Part shown: positions 12,303-20,860 of the stretch, piece by piece
Layout of the letters: every line of letters starts with the position of its first letter
Position numbering within the stretch: the stretch's first letter is position 1
NCBI GenBank assembly: GCA_038735675.1
Contig: JAVYNJ010000002.1
Location: 14,818 to 46,817, forward strand
From: Nanopusillaceae archaeon
Lineage (GTDB): Archaea > Nanobdellota > Nanobdellia > Nanobdellales > Nanobdellaceae
Length of the DNA: 32,000 bases
Direction of reading: 5' to 3'
The notes under the pieces: generated by a model
The model's database searches: none
Told to the model about the DNA's origin: nothing
The model's input: the letters and a program-made list of their open reading frames with translations, nothing else
Program-made: the position numbers and the translations under genes

Positions 12303-14039
12303 ATCTTTTATTACTTTATATATTTCTTCTCCTATTTTTTTCTCATCAACATTACTACAAATATTTTTTATTATTTCTTTTGCCTCATCTAAAATTTTAT
12401 CTTTTATACTAAAATCTTTATATGTTGCAATTTTTTCCAAAGAATCTTCCATTTTTCTAGTGAAATCTACATCTAAAATTTCTGGAAAATATTTTTCAAA
12501 AATATCCAATATTTTTTCTCCTAATTTAGTAATTCTTATAGATCTTCCATCAATATATTTTCTATTATAGAGTGTTACTATAATTTCTGCTCTAGTAGAT
12601 TTTGTACCTAAATTCTCCTCTTCCATTTTCTTAATTAAACTAGCTTGGTTATATCTTGGAGGTGGAGAAGTTTTTCTTTGTCTTATGTATTTCTTAAGAA
12701 CGTCATAATATTCACCTTCTCTGAAATCAATATCTAAAAATCTATCTTTCAAAAAATCTAAATATAAAATAATCCATCCCTTTTCCAAACATTTTTCATA
12801 TTCAAAATAAAAATTTTCTTCAAAAACGATTTTATTTTTTTTGATAATTGCAGGGTCCATAAATGTAGCAAAAAATCTTCTAACAACTAAATCATATATT
12901 AAAAATTCACCCTTATTTAAATCATAAGGTATCTCACCTGTAGGATATATTGCTGGATGTATATCTTCTTTTTTCCCATTGTTTGGCTTTAAAATACGCT
13001 TACTTTTAAGCAAATCATAATAAAAAGAATATTTTTTAAATCTAGCTAAATTTTCCATTATTTTTCTAAAATTTATAGTATCTGGTAATATTTCTGAAGA
13101 GGTCCTCGGGTATGAAATATATCCTTTCTCATAAAGTTTTTGGAGAATACTTAATGTTTGTTTCGGAGTTATTTTATATATTCTATATGCATCTATTTGT
13201 ATATTAGTTAAATTATAAGGATGTGGGGGTTTTTCTTCATATTTTTCAGAGATAACTTTCAAAACCATTATTTTATTTTTTATTTTACTCTTTATTCTTT
13301 CCGCTTCTTCTCTACTTTTAATTTTTCCGCCATATATCAATTTTAATATTTCTTTTTCCTTTTTTATATCTAAATAGATTAAATAGTAAATTTCTGGTTT
13401 GAATTCTTTTATTTCTTTCTCTTTTTCAAATATCAATTTCAATGTTGGCCCTTGAACTCTTCCAATACTTAAAACATAATCCTTAGTATATTTTCTTAAA
13501 GATCTTGTTAATATTCTTGATAAATTAATACCATAAAGCCAATCTAATATATGTCTAGTTTCTCCAGCTATTGCTAATCCATAATCAATGCTTTCTCTAA
13601 TATTTCTGAATGCATTAGATATATCTTGCTTAGTTATGGCAGAAAAAATCATTCTCTTAGCATTTTTCTTTCCTAAAGAAAATCTAATAATATTATAACC
13701 TATTAATTCCCCCTCTATATCGTAGTCTGTAGCTAAAATAATATTATTTTCGTCAGAAAATTTTCTAAACATATCTATATAGGCTTTTTTTATAAATATT
13801 TTATCCTCAAAATATGAAGGAACCCATTTATAGTCAAAAGTGGGATATTTATATGTTTTATCAAGATCCGAAATTGTATATAAATGTCCAATTGATGGAA
13901 CTACATAAAAGTTTACTCCATTAAGATTAAAATAGTAATAATAAACACCTTCTCTAAATTTAATTTTTTTAAAACTAGAATTAGATAAAAACAAAGCAAT
14001 ATTTCTAGCTACAGATGGTTTTTCAGCAATTATTAGCAT
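12282..14039 (-). CDS. topA: Type IA DNA topoisomerase (archaeal TopA/Topo III-like core)
   Basis: Toprim start MLIIAEKPSVARNIA, acidic DxD (TDYDIEGELIG) and the catalytic Tyr context GYISYPRTSSE. There is no helicase module and no C-terminal zinc fingers. Confidence 0.88.
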   Translation of the reverse strand: MLIIAEKPSVARNIALFLSNSSFKKIKFREGVYYYYFNLNGVNFYVVPSIGHLYTISDLDKTYKYPTFDYKWVPSYFEDKIFIKKAYIDMFRKFSDENNIILATDYDIEGELIGYNIIRFSLGKKNAKRMIFSAITKQDISNAFRNIRESIDYGLAIAGETRHILDWLYGINLSRILTRSLRKYTKDYVLSIGRVQGPTLKLIFEKEKEIKEFKPEIYYLIYLDIKKEKEILKLIYGGKIKSREEAERIKSKIKNKIMVLKVISEKYEEKPPHPYNLTNIQIDAYRIYKITPKQTLSILQKLYEKGYISYPRTSSEILPDTINFRKIMENLARFKKYSFYYDLLKSKRILKPNNGKKEDIHPAIYPTGEIPYDLNKGEFLIYDLVVRRFFATFMDPAIIKKNKIVFEENFYFEYEKCLEKGWIILYLDFLKDRFLDIDFREGEYYDVLKKYIRQRKTSPPPRYNQASLIKKMEEENLGTKSTRAEIIVTLYNRKYIDGRSIRITKLGEKILDIFEKYFPEILDVDFTRKMEDSLEKIATYKDFSIKDKILDEAKEIIKNICSNVDEKKIGEEIYKVIKDLNANNT

Positions 14040-14070
14040 AAAATTCTAATTTTAATCAAATTTTATAAAA

Positions 14071-14154
14071 TGCGGGGGCGGGGATTTGAACCCCGGACGG
14101 ATCTAATCCATCGGGACCTAAACCCGACCCCTTTGACCTCTCGGGCACCCCCGC
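14071..14154 (-). tRNA. tRNA-Leu (anticodon UAG), class II, no intron, no encoded CCA
   Basis: Minus strand reads GCGGGGGTGCCCGAGAGGTCAAAGGGGTCGGGTTTAGGTCCCGATGGATTAGATCCGTCCGGGGTTCAAATCCCCGCCCCCGCA. It has a 7-bp acceptor stem, an anticodon stem TCGGG/CCCGA with loop TTTAGGT, a long variable arm, the T-arm CGGGG-TTCAAAT-CCCCG and discriminator A73. Confidence 0.95.
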
Positions 14155-14158
14155 AAAA

Positions 14159-14208
14159 TCAGAATGGGAACTTTTCTTCATTTATCCTGAACCCCGAATC
14201 TTCATCAT
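14159..14208 (-). ncRNA. C/D-box sRNA (2'-O-methylation guide), 4 nt upstream of tRNA-Leu(UAG)
   Basis: Minus strand layout: C box AUGAUGA (14208-14202), a 13-nt spacer AGAUUCGGGGUUC, D'-like AGGA (14188-14185), UAA, C'-like AUGAAGA (14181-14175), a 12-nt spacer AAAGUUCCCAUU, and D box CUGA (14162-14159). The 50-nt box-to-box length and 12-13-nt guides match canonical archaeal sRNA geometry. Confidence 0.65.
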
Positions 14209-14209
14209 C

Positions 14210-14219
14210 TTATATATAA
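14210..14219 (+). promoter_or_regulatory. TATA-box-like element (TTATATATAA), 25-34 nt upstream of the 14244 ATG
   Basis: The spacing fits a leaderless mRNA for the NFACT-N gene. The element is near-palindromic and abuts the C box of the opposite-strand sRNA. Confidence 0.3.
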
Positions 14220-14243
14220 TTTTTCTTTTGGAAAAATATTTTT

Positions 14244-15239
14244 ATGATAACTTATATCGATCTTTTAAAATGGTTTATTGAAAATCAAGAAAAAATAAAT
14301 AACTCAATCGTTAGAGATGTTTTTTCAATAAAAAACGGTTTAGTTTTAGAAATATACAAAAAGGATTTAGAAAAAAGATATCTTTATATAATTCCGGGTA
14401 AAATAATTTTTTTATCTGACAAAAAATTAGAAAAAATAAAAAATAAATTTTCGGATAAATTAAAAAAAGATTTGATAAATAAAAAAATTCAAATATCTTT
14501 AGAAGATGATAAAATTTTAATAATAGAATCTGAAAACATCAAAATATATTGTGAATTAATTCCTAATGGATTAATAGTTGTAACTGATATGGAAAATAAA
14601 ATATTATATGCTACAAAATACAAGGATTTCGGATATAGAAAGATAAAATCAAATGAAAAATATCTTAAACCCCCAAAAAATTTTATTGTTGCAATAGAAA
14701 TTTCTAAATTTAAGGAAAAGTTAGAAAAAACAAATAAAAAAGATATTGTTAGATTTTTAGCTATAGATTTAGGATTATCTGGAAAGTATGCCGAATATAT
14801 ACTAGAAAATCTAAATATTGAAAAATCAAAAAGTCCAAAAGATCTTTCCGATACAGAAATTGTCAATATTTTTAACCTTTACAAAAACTTATTTGAAAAA
14901 AAAGAAGTACTTTATGAAAATCAATGGTATTCTGATGTAAATTCTCTTTTTGAAAAGATATATTTTGATGAAGAAATAGAAAATAAAAAGAAAATTATTG
15001 AAAAAAAGAAAGAAGAAATTAAAAAAATACTTGAAGATCAAAAACAAAAACTTTCAGATTTTGAAGAAGAAATAAAAAATTTAATGGATATAGCCAACTT
15101 AATAAAGGAAAATTATTGGATATTTCAAGATTATAACATCGAAAATATAGAAAAATTTCTTAAATCTAAAAATTTAGATTTCTCAGTCGAAAAAAAAGAT
15201 GGTAAAATATTTATAAAAATTAAAAACATAAATTCTTAA
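14244..15239 (+). CDS. NFACT-N/HhH/coiled-coil protein (RqcH/NEMF/FbpA-family homologue), lacking the NFACT-R (DUF814) half
   Basis: The N-terminal pattern (ELIPNGLIVVTDMENKILYATKYKDFGYRKIKSNEKYLKPP) resembles NFACT-N. It is followed by an HhH-like FLAIDLGLSGKYAEYILENLNI and a Lys/Glu-rich coiled coil. At 331 aa it is about half the usual archaeal length. Confidence 0.55.
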   Translation: MITYIDLLKWFIENQEKINNSIVRDVFSIKNGLVLEIYKKDLEKRYLYIIPGKIIFLSDKKLEKIKNKFSDKLKKDLINKKIQISLEDDKILIIESENIKIYCELIPNGLIVVTDMENKILYATKYKDFGYRKIKSNEKYLKPPKNFIVAIEISKFKEKLEKTNKKDIVRFLAIDLGLSGKYAEYILENLNIEKSKSPKDLSDTEIVNIFNLYKNLFEKKEVLYENQWYSDVNSLFEKIYFDEEIENKKKIIEKKKEEIKKILEDQKQKLSDFEEEIKNLMDIANLIKENYWIFQDYNIENIEKFLKSKNLDFSVEKKDGKIFIKIKNINS

Positions 15240-15307
15240 TTTTCATATACAAAAATATGAGAAATATATATCGAAAGATTATTAAATTAACTTGTAATAT
15301 ATTATGA

Positions 15308-15466
15308 ATGGTAGGAGAAAAGTACACTGGATTTTGTGTTAAATGTAAAAAAAATGTAGAGATAAAAAACGCCGAAATGGTTACTTTAAAGAATGGTCGA
15401 ACTGCTGTAAGAGGAGTATGTCCAAATTGCGGCACGAAAGTATTTAGATTTATAAAATCTTCTTAA
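15308..15466 (+). CDS. Small zinc-ribbon protein (DUF5679-like), 52 aa; absent from the ORF track
   Basis: Hand translation gives MVGEKYTGFCVKCKKNVEIKNAEMVTLKNGRTAVRGVCPNCGTKVFRFIKSS. It has two CxxC pairs (CVKC...CPNC). The pattern matches a widely conserved archaeal mini-protein family. Confidence 0.7.
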   Translation: MVGEKYTGFCVKCKKNVEIKNAEMVTLKNGRTAVRGVCPNCGTKVFRFIKSS

Positions 15467-15471
15467 TTTTT

Positions 15472-17232
15472 TTAAATATAGTATTCTTTTCTTAACTTTT
15501 GCATTCTATCTAGATAGCTATTTAATTTGTTTATCTTCGGAATCTTATTAACTTCATCTCTTCTTATGGTAACATTTATAATTTCTAAAAATTTGTTAAA
15601 CGCAATTTTATTATCTAAAGGTCCATATATAATACCTTTAACTCCTGGCTCTCCATCAAAAATCAACATATTATCGGCTATATAATCTAATAAAACAATA
15701 TCGTGGTCTATAACTAGAGCTGCCTTATCTTTAGATTTAATTATATCTCTTATAAATTTTGCTAAATTTATTCTTTGTTCTATATCTAAAAAAGCAAAGG
15801 GTTCATCTAATACATATAAATCTGCCTCCTTTACTAAGGTAGAAAAACAATATAAAGTTTGTAATTCTCCTCCAGATAGTGTATTAACCTTATGATCTAG
15901 CAAATCGGATAAATTAAGTCTTATTAAATATTCTTCATAATATTTCCTATAATCTGGATTATATTGACGTATAAACTCTTCTACAGTAATATTCAAATCT
16001 GAAAAATCAAAATACTGTTTTTTATATGATAAAGTACATTTTTTACTTAAAATTCCTTCAAAATTTAATTCTCCAGATATTAATTTTGCAAAAGTTGATT
16101 TTCCTATTCCATTTCTGCCTATAACGCCTATTATTTCTCTTTCTCTTATAAAACCACTTTCAGATTCTAAAGTAAAACCATCTAATTTTACTTTTAAATT
16201 CTTCCATTCTACTATTTTTTCTCCTATTTTTTTATCAGTATATGGCTTTACTTCAAATCTTATTGCTTTATCTCTTATTTTCAGATTTTCCTTTTTAATA
16301 TATCCCTCTAAATATTGATTTATTCCCTCACTAGTTCCGATAGGAGTAGAAAAAATACCATATGCTTTTTGTACACCATAAACAATATGAATTATATCAG
16401 CAAGAGAATTTATAAATGAAAGATCATGATCAATTATTAAAATTGAATCTCCAAGATCTTTTAACTCAAGTATTTTGGACGCTAACTTTATTCTTTCGTA
16501 TATATCTAAATAGTTTGTTAGCTCATCTATTAATAAAACATCGTGTTTTTTGTATATAGAAAATATAAAAACTATCTTTTGTAATTCTCCTCCAGATAGT
16601 TCTTTTATTCTTCTATTTAAAATTTTTTCTAAAGAATATTCCTCTATTATTTTATTTTGATCATCTCCAGATAATTCTCTAATTAATTCATTAACAGTTT
16701 TATCTCCGTAAAACTTCAGGAAAATAAAAATATTCTGCGGCTTATAGGAAATTTTTATTTGATTATTATATAATCTTTCAAAATATTTCTGCAATTCAGT
16801 TCCTCTAAAATTAGAAATTATTTCTTTATTTTCAAAATTTTTATTATACTGACCAAAATTTGGTTTTAATATTCCAGCTAACAAAGATATAGCTGTAGAT
16901 TTTCCTATTCCATTTCTTCCAATTATTCCAACTATATTTCCTTCTTTAATTAAGGGTAAACCATACAATCTAAAAGTATTAGGACCATATTGAAATACTA
17001 ATCCGCTATTTGGTTCTTTTGAGATATTTATAATATTTATAGCCTTAAATGGACATTTTTTAACGCATATTCCACAACCGATACAGAGAACTTCATCTAT
17101 TGTTGGTTTTTCATTTACTATATTGAAAATTGGTTTTTTATTCCTTTGAACAGGACAAACTGATATACAAATGTAGTTACATTTTTGAGGAGCTTTACAT
17201 CTTTCTCTGTCAACTATTGCTATTCGTTTCAT
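15472..17232 (-). CDS. abce1: ABCE1 / RNase L inhibitor-type ribosome-recycling ATPase
   Basis: N-terminal Fe-S cluster cysteines (CKAPQKCNYICISVCP, CIGCGICVKKCP). Two Walker A motifs (GIIGRNGIGKST, GVIGRNGIGKST) and two LSGGELQ signatures. Confidence 0.95.
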   Translation of the reverse strand: MKRIAIVDRERCKAPQKCNYICISVCPVQRNKKPIFNIVNEKPTIDEVLCIGCGICVKKCPFKAINIINISKEPNSGLVFQYGPNTFRLYGLPLIKEGNIVGIIGRNGIGKSTAISLLAGILKPNFGQYNKNFENKEIISNFRGTELQKYFERLYNNQIKISYKPQNIFIFLKFYGDKTVNELIRELSGDDQNKIIEEYSLEKILNRRIKELSGGELQKIVFIFSIYKKHDVLLIDELTNYLDIYERIKLASKILELKDLGDSILIIDHDLSFINSLADIIHIVYGVQKAYGIFSTPIGTSEGINQYLEGYIKKENLKIRDKAIRFEVKPYTDKKIGEKIVEWKNLKVKLDGFTLESESGFIREREIIGVIGRNGIGKSTFAKLISGELNFEGILSKKCTLSYKKQYFDFSDLNITVEEFIRQYNPDYRKYYEEYLIRLNLSDLLDHKVNTLSGGELQTLYCFSTLVKEADLYVLDEPFAFLDIEQRINLAKFIRDIIKSKDKAALVIDHDIVLLDYIADNMLIFDGEPGVKGIIYGPLDNKIAFNKFLEIINVTIRRDEVNKIPKINKLNSYLDRMQKLRKEYYI

Positions 17233-19058
17233 ATTTTTCCGTGTATTTCTTTGTTTTTTTCAATTATTTCTTTTAGCTTTCTTCCAATATCTGTATCTAA
17301 ACTAATATTAACTTTACCTTTCTTGTCTAAATTTATTTTGCATATTAATTCGTTTTCTGATATTAAAGAAATTTTTTTACCAGCATATTCCTTTCCAAAA
17401 TCAATTAATATATAATCTCCTATTAATTTAATATTTTTTGGATATATATTATGCTTCAAAATATCTTTGGATAAAACTTCTACCCTAAACTTATAGGCAT
17501 ATGATATCTGTCTCAAAAATGATTTTTCTCTTTTTATGAATTTTTTCTTAATTTCTTTTGGCAAATAGAATCTTATACTATTACCAACTATATCTACATC
17601 TAACTCTTCGTATCTTTCAGAAAATCTCTCTTTTATCAAATCTTTTAAAAATTCAAATAGTTTATTTTTTTCTTTTGATTTTACAGGAACTACCACAATT
17701 TCTTCACCAAAAGTATATAATTCATATTCTAAATCTCCAGTTAATATATCTCTAACTTCAACTACTGGCCTAGCTAAATCTTCTTCAGTCATTCCTGTAG
17801 GAACTTTTACTTTTAATTCTAAAGTATAAACTTTTTCTATCTGTCCTCTTTCTATGAAAATAATAGTATCTACTACATGTGGTATAATTCCTAATTCTGC
17901 TCTAGATATTAACCTATGAATAGCATCTATAGGTCTTTCTACATGTAAAACTCCTATCATACCCACACCCGCAAATCTTAGATCAATATATAATTTAAAA
18001 TCTTCTGTATTTCTCATTTCATCAAATATAACATAATCTGGCCTAGATAATAGTAAAATATCGTGTATTTCTCCAAATTTTGCAAAATTTTTAGAATATT
18101 GTACTATATCTTGAGATAAATCTAAATCTCTAGGAGATTCTATAGTTTTTACTATTTTTCCTTTATTTCTATACCATTCTGCTAATGCTTGAGCAAAAGT
18201 AGATTTTCCAGATCCTGGCTTTCCTGCAATAATAATTCCTTCCGCACTTTTTTCTAATCTTTCTATTAGAACATCTGACAATTTGTAATCTTCTAATTTT
18301 TTCTTTATAATCGGTCTTACTATCGTTATTTCATAACTGTCAGATAGGGGTGGTTTTACAATTACAATTCTATAAATACCTTGTTGAACAACAATACTGT
18401 TTGGCTTTTCAATTTCTATAAAACCATCTCTTCTCGTTCTGGCCAAACTAATAATTTCTTCAACTAGATTTTCCATAGATGTTCTATCTAATATTTCATC
18501 AATTTCTTCGACATACCAATTTCCAGGACTTCCTCTTTTTCTTTTTATTTTACATCCTTCTATTATATGAACAGACATTGTATCTTCAGTGAAATATATT
18601 TCATAGGATGGTTTTTCAATTCTGTTAGGATCTATATACATAGCTTTAACTCCATAAGCCAGAGATAATTCATATAAAACTTTATCAGATGTAAGCAATA
18701 CCCCATCTACAGATTTTGTTATTTCTAAAATAGAAAAATCTATACTTCCTTCTTTAGCACTTTTTATTTCATGATCTTTAGGATAAAATCCAATTATTGA
18801 TATTTTATAGTTATATTTTTCTGCATTTTCTCTTAATTTTTGAACCTCTTTTAAGCCTACAAAACCTTTATCTAAACCTTTATTAGCTTGATTTTGCAAT
18901 TCCGCTAAAGCAGGCAAAGGAATTATAATTTCTTCTACTTTTATAGCTCCTCTATCAAGAGATTCAGATATATATTGAGATATTAATATTGAAGTATCTA
19001 ATACAGCACGATTTATCTCTAATTTATCCATAGACTTCCTTATTATATTTATTTTCAA
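17229..19058 (-). CDS. PIN-domain / PilT-like P-loop ATPase / KH-domain protein (COG1855 family)
   Basis: N-terminal PIN-like AVLDTSILIS, Walker A GKPGSGKST and Walker B-like YVIFDEMR, with a C-terminal KH-like region. The start may be the Met 9 codons downstream (MDKLEI). It overlaps ABCE1 by 4 nt. Confidence 0.7.
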   Translation of the reverse strand: MKINIIRKSMDKLEINRAVLDTSILISQYISESLDRGAIKVEEIIIPLPALAELQNQANKGLDKGFVGLKEVQKLRENAEKYNYKISIIGFYPKDHEIKSAKEGSIDFSILEITKSVDGVLLTSDKVLYELSLAYGVKAMYIDPNRIEKPSYEIYFTEDTMSVHIIEGCKIKRKRGSPGNWYVEEIDEILDRTSMENLVEEIISLARTRRDGFIEIEKPNSIVVQQGIYRIVIVKPPLSDSYEITIVRPIIKKKLEDYKLSDVLIERLEKSAEGIIIAGKPGSGKSTFAQALAEWYRNKGKIVKTIESPRDLDLSQDIVQYSKNFAKFGEIHDILLLSRPDYVIFDEMRNTEDFKLYIDLRFAGVGMIGVLHVERPIDAIHRLISRAELGIIPHVVDTIIFIERGQIEKVYTLELKVKVPTGMTEEDLARPVVEVRDILTGDLEYELYTFGEEIVVVPVKSKEKNKLFEFLKDLIKERFSERYEELDVDIVGNSIRFYLPKEIKKKFIKREKSFLRQISYAYKFRVEVLSKDILKHNIYPKNIKLIGDYILIDFGKEYAGKKISLISENELICKINLDKKGKVNISLDTDIGRKLKEIIEKNKEIHGKI

Positions 19059-19305
19059 ATTCTTTTAATTTTTTTATAAGATTTTGTATACTTTCCAATA
19101 TTAAATCTCTAGGTTTTTTCGTTCCATTTGTTTTTAGATAGAAGTATATATTTTTCTTAAGTGGATGATCCTCTTTCCATGCACACATTATTACATTTGG
19201 ATTATTATCTAATTCCTCTTTTAACAACATAAATATTGTTGGCTTGTTTTTTTCGATTACAATTTCTATCTCACTTTCATTTTCTTTTAATATTTTTATA
19301 TTCAT
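19024..19305 (-). CDS. rpoL: RNA polymerase subunit Rpo11/RpoL
   Basis: 93 aa. MNIKILKENESEIEIVIE...NVIMCAWKEDHPLKKNIYFYLKTNGTKKPRD parallels crenarchaeal RpoL as I recall it (MEIRILKSE...HPL...T.G..P.D). Confidence 0.75.
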   Translation of the reverse strand: MNIKILKENESEIEIVIEKNKPTIFMLLKEELDNNPNVIMCAWKEDHPLKKNIYFYLKTNGTKKPRDLILESIQNLIKKLKEFENKYNKEVYG

Positions 19306-19330
19306 AGAAAATATCTTTACAGAAAATTTT

Positions 19331-20860
19331 TTATTTATTATTTTTTAATCTTTTAACCTTTTCATTTATAAAATCTATTTCTATAATTTCTCCAGTTTTT
19401 ATATTTCTTAAATAGACTATTCCAGAAACAGGTCTATGACCTAATTCTAATTGATACTTAGTTATATCTTGAAAAGTAGAGGTATTAAACATTTCTATTC
19501 CACGATATACGCCGTAAGAAGCTCTATGAATATGTCCAGTATGATAGATATCAGGAACTATATCTATAACCAGAGGATCGTCATTCAAATATGGTACATA
19601 TGGACTGGCACCATGAGATGGATTCATATGTCTAAGCATTAAAGAAAATTTCATAATTTCAGAGGGATTTTCGTATCCACCATTTTCTCTTATACTAGAA
19701 ATTTCAGAAACAAACCAATCAAAAGAATATCCGTGATACATTAGAACAATGAGATTATCTATATTCAAATAACATGGATTAGATAATAAAAATATATTTT
19801 TTAAGCCATATATATCATTTAAATATTCTTTAGGAATGGGAGGTTGAGGATCTGCAATCCTAACCACATCATGATTACCAGGAATTATTACTACTTTTAT
19901 ATATTCAGGAATATCTAATATATATTTTTCAAATTCTTTATATTGTTTTTCATAGGAAGAAAACTCTAGCTCATTTTCTTGATCTGGATATATTCCAACT
20001 CCATCTACATTATCTCCAACAATTAATAAGTAACCTATTTTTTTAGATATTTCTCTTAATTTTTCATCTCCATATTCTCCTTTTAAAAACGAAATAAATC
20101 TATTAAATACTTTTTTCAAGAATAATTTGCTTCCAATTTGAAAATCTCCAGTTAAAAGAATATAAGCGTCCTGATTTCCCTTTTTTACTTCTGATCTATG
20201 CGGTACATCGGGAAAAACAACTTGTTCAGCAAAAAAAGTATTTCCGGATAACTTTCCTATAAATCCAATAACCGAATCTAAAGGTATATCTTTTGCTAAC
20301 TTATAATTTTTGATATCTTTTCCAACAAAAACCTTTATTTTTCCGGTATTATCTTCTAAAATAAAATAAATTCCTTTTTCAGTTATCTTTTTATCGTATA
20401 TTATTCCAGAAATTGCCACTTTTTCTTTAAAAGGTATATTAGAGATGCTATAAGAATTTCTTAAATCTAAATGTTCATTTAGAATACGTCTTATTTTATT
20501 TAATCTATTTTTAAAATAAGAAACCCAGGTATTTACAGTTATATCATTTTTGTTGTTATTATTGTAGCTTTTTAATATTTTTATAGTCAAATCATTTTCT
20601 TCTCCTACATATCTATCTACTTTTTCATGTATTAAAACCTCTTCTTGATCATTCTCTTCGTTAAAATCTTCTTTTTCTTTTGATTTTTTAAAATATTCTT
20701 CTAATATTTTTTTATCAATTATAAAAGTTCCTTTATCATCTAAAAATTTTGCTATTTTTTCTATATCCTCCTCTGAAAGATTAAAAATAAGAGGGTAAGA
20801 ATCTGCAGAAATCAAATATCCCTTTTCATATATTTTTTTTAATATCTTATCATCATGCAT
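19331..20860 (-). CDS. polB: DNA polymerase D (Pol II) small subunit DP1
   Basis: Calcineurin-like phosphoesterase motifs LLTGDFQIGS, VGDNVDG, VIIPGNHD and HTGHIH. There is an OB-fold-like middle region. It lies directly downstream of cdc6, overlapping it by 8 nt. Confidence 0.9.
   Translation of the reverse strand: MHDDKILKKIYEKGYLISADSYPLIFNLSEEDIEKIAKFLDDKGTFIIDKKILEEYFKKSKEKEDFNEENDQEEVLIHEKVDRYVGEENDLTIKILKSYNNNNKNDITVNTWVSYFKNRLNKIRRILNEHLDLRNSYSISNIPFKEKVAISGIIYDKKITEKGIYFILEDNTGKIKVFVGKDIKNYKLAKDIPLDSVIGFIGKLSGNTFFAEQVVFPDVPHRSEVKKGNQDAYILLTGDFQIGSKLFLKKVFNRFISFLKGEYGDEKLREISKKIGYLLIVGDNVDGVGIYPDQENELEFSSYEKQYKEFEKYILDIPEYIKVVIIPGNHDVVRIADPQPPIPKEYLNDIYGLKNIFLLSNPCYLNIDNLIVLMYHGYSFDWFVSEISSIRENGGYENPSEIMKFSLMLRHMNPSHGASPYVPYLNDDPLVIDIVPDIYHTGHIHRASYGVYRGIEMFNTSTFQDITKYQLELGHRPVSGIVYLRNIKTGEIIEIDFINEKVKRLKNNK

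Noticed and set aside
12282-14039. Whether the 585-aa topoisomerase is the C-terminal half of a split reverse gyrase, as occurs in N. equitans.
   Set aside because: The N-terminus (LIIAEKPSVA Toprim start) looks like stand-alone TopA/Topo III-type enzymes, and there is no adjacent helicase module. This cannot be fully excluded without an alignment.
14071-14154. Split or intron-containing tRNA genes, which are known in Nanoarchaeota.
   Set aside because: All three tRNAs fold as continuous cloverleaves with intact 7-nt anticodon loops and complementary acceptor ends. There are no bulge-helix-bulge inserts.
15220-15435. A 71-aa minus-strand ORF in the gap between the NFACT gene and ABCE1.
   Set aside because: The opposite strand encodes a well-formed double-CxxC zinc-ribbon protein (15308-15466) with a recognisable conserved pattern. 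The minus-strand translation has no features.
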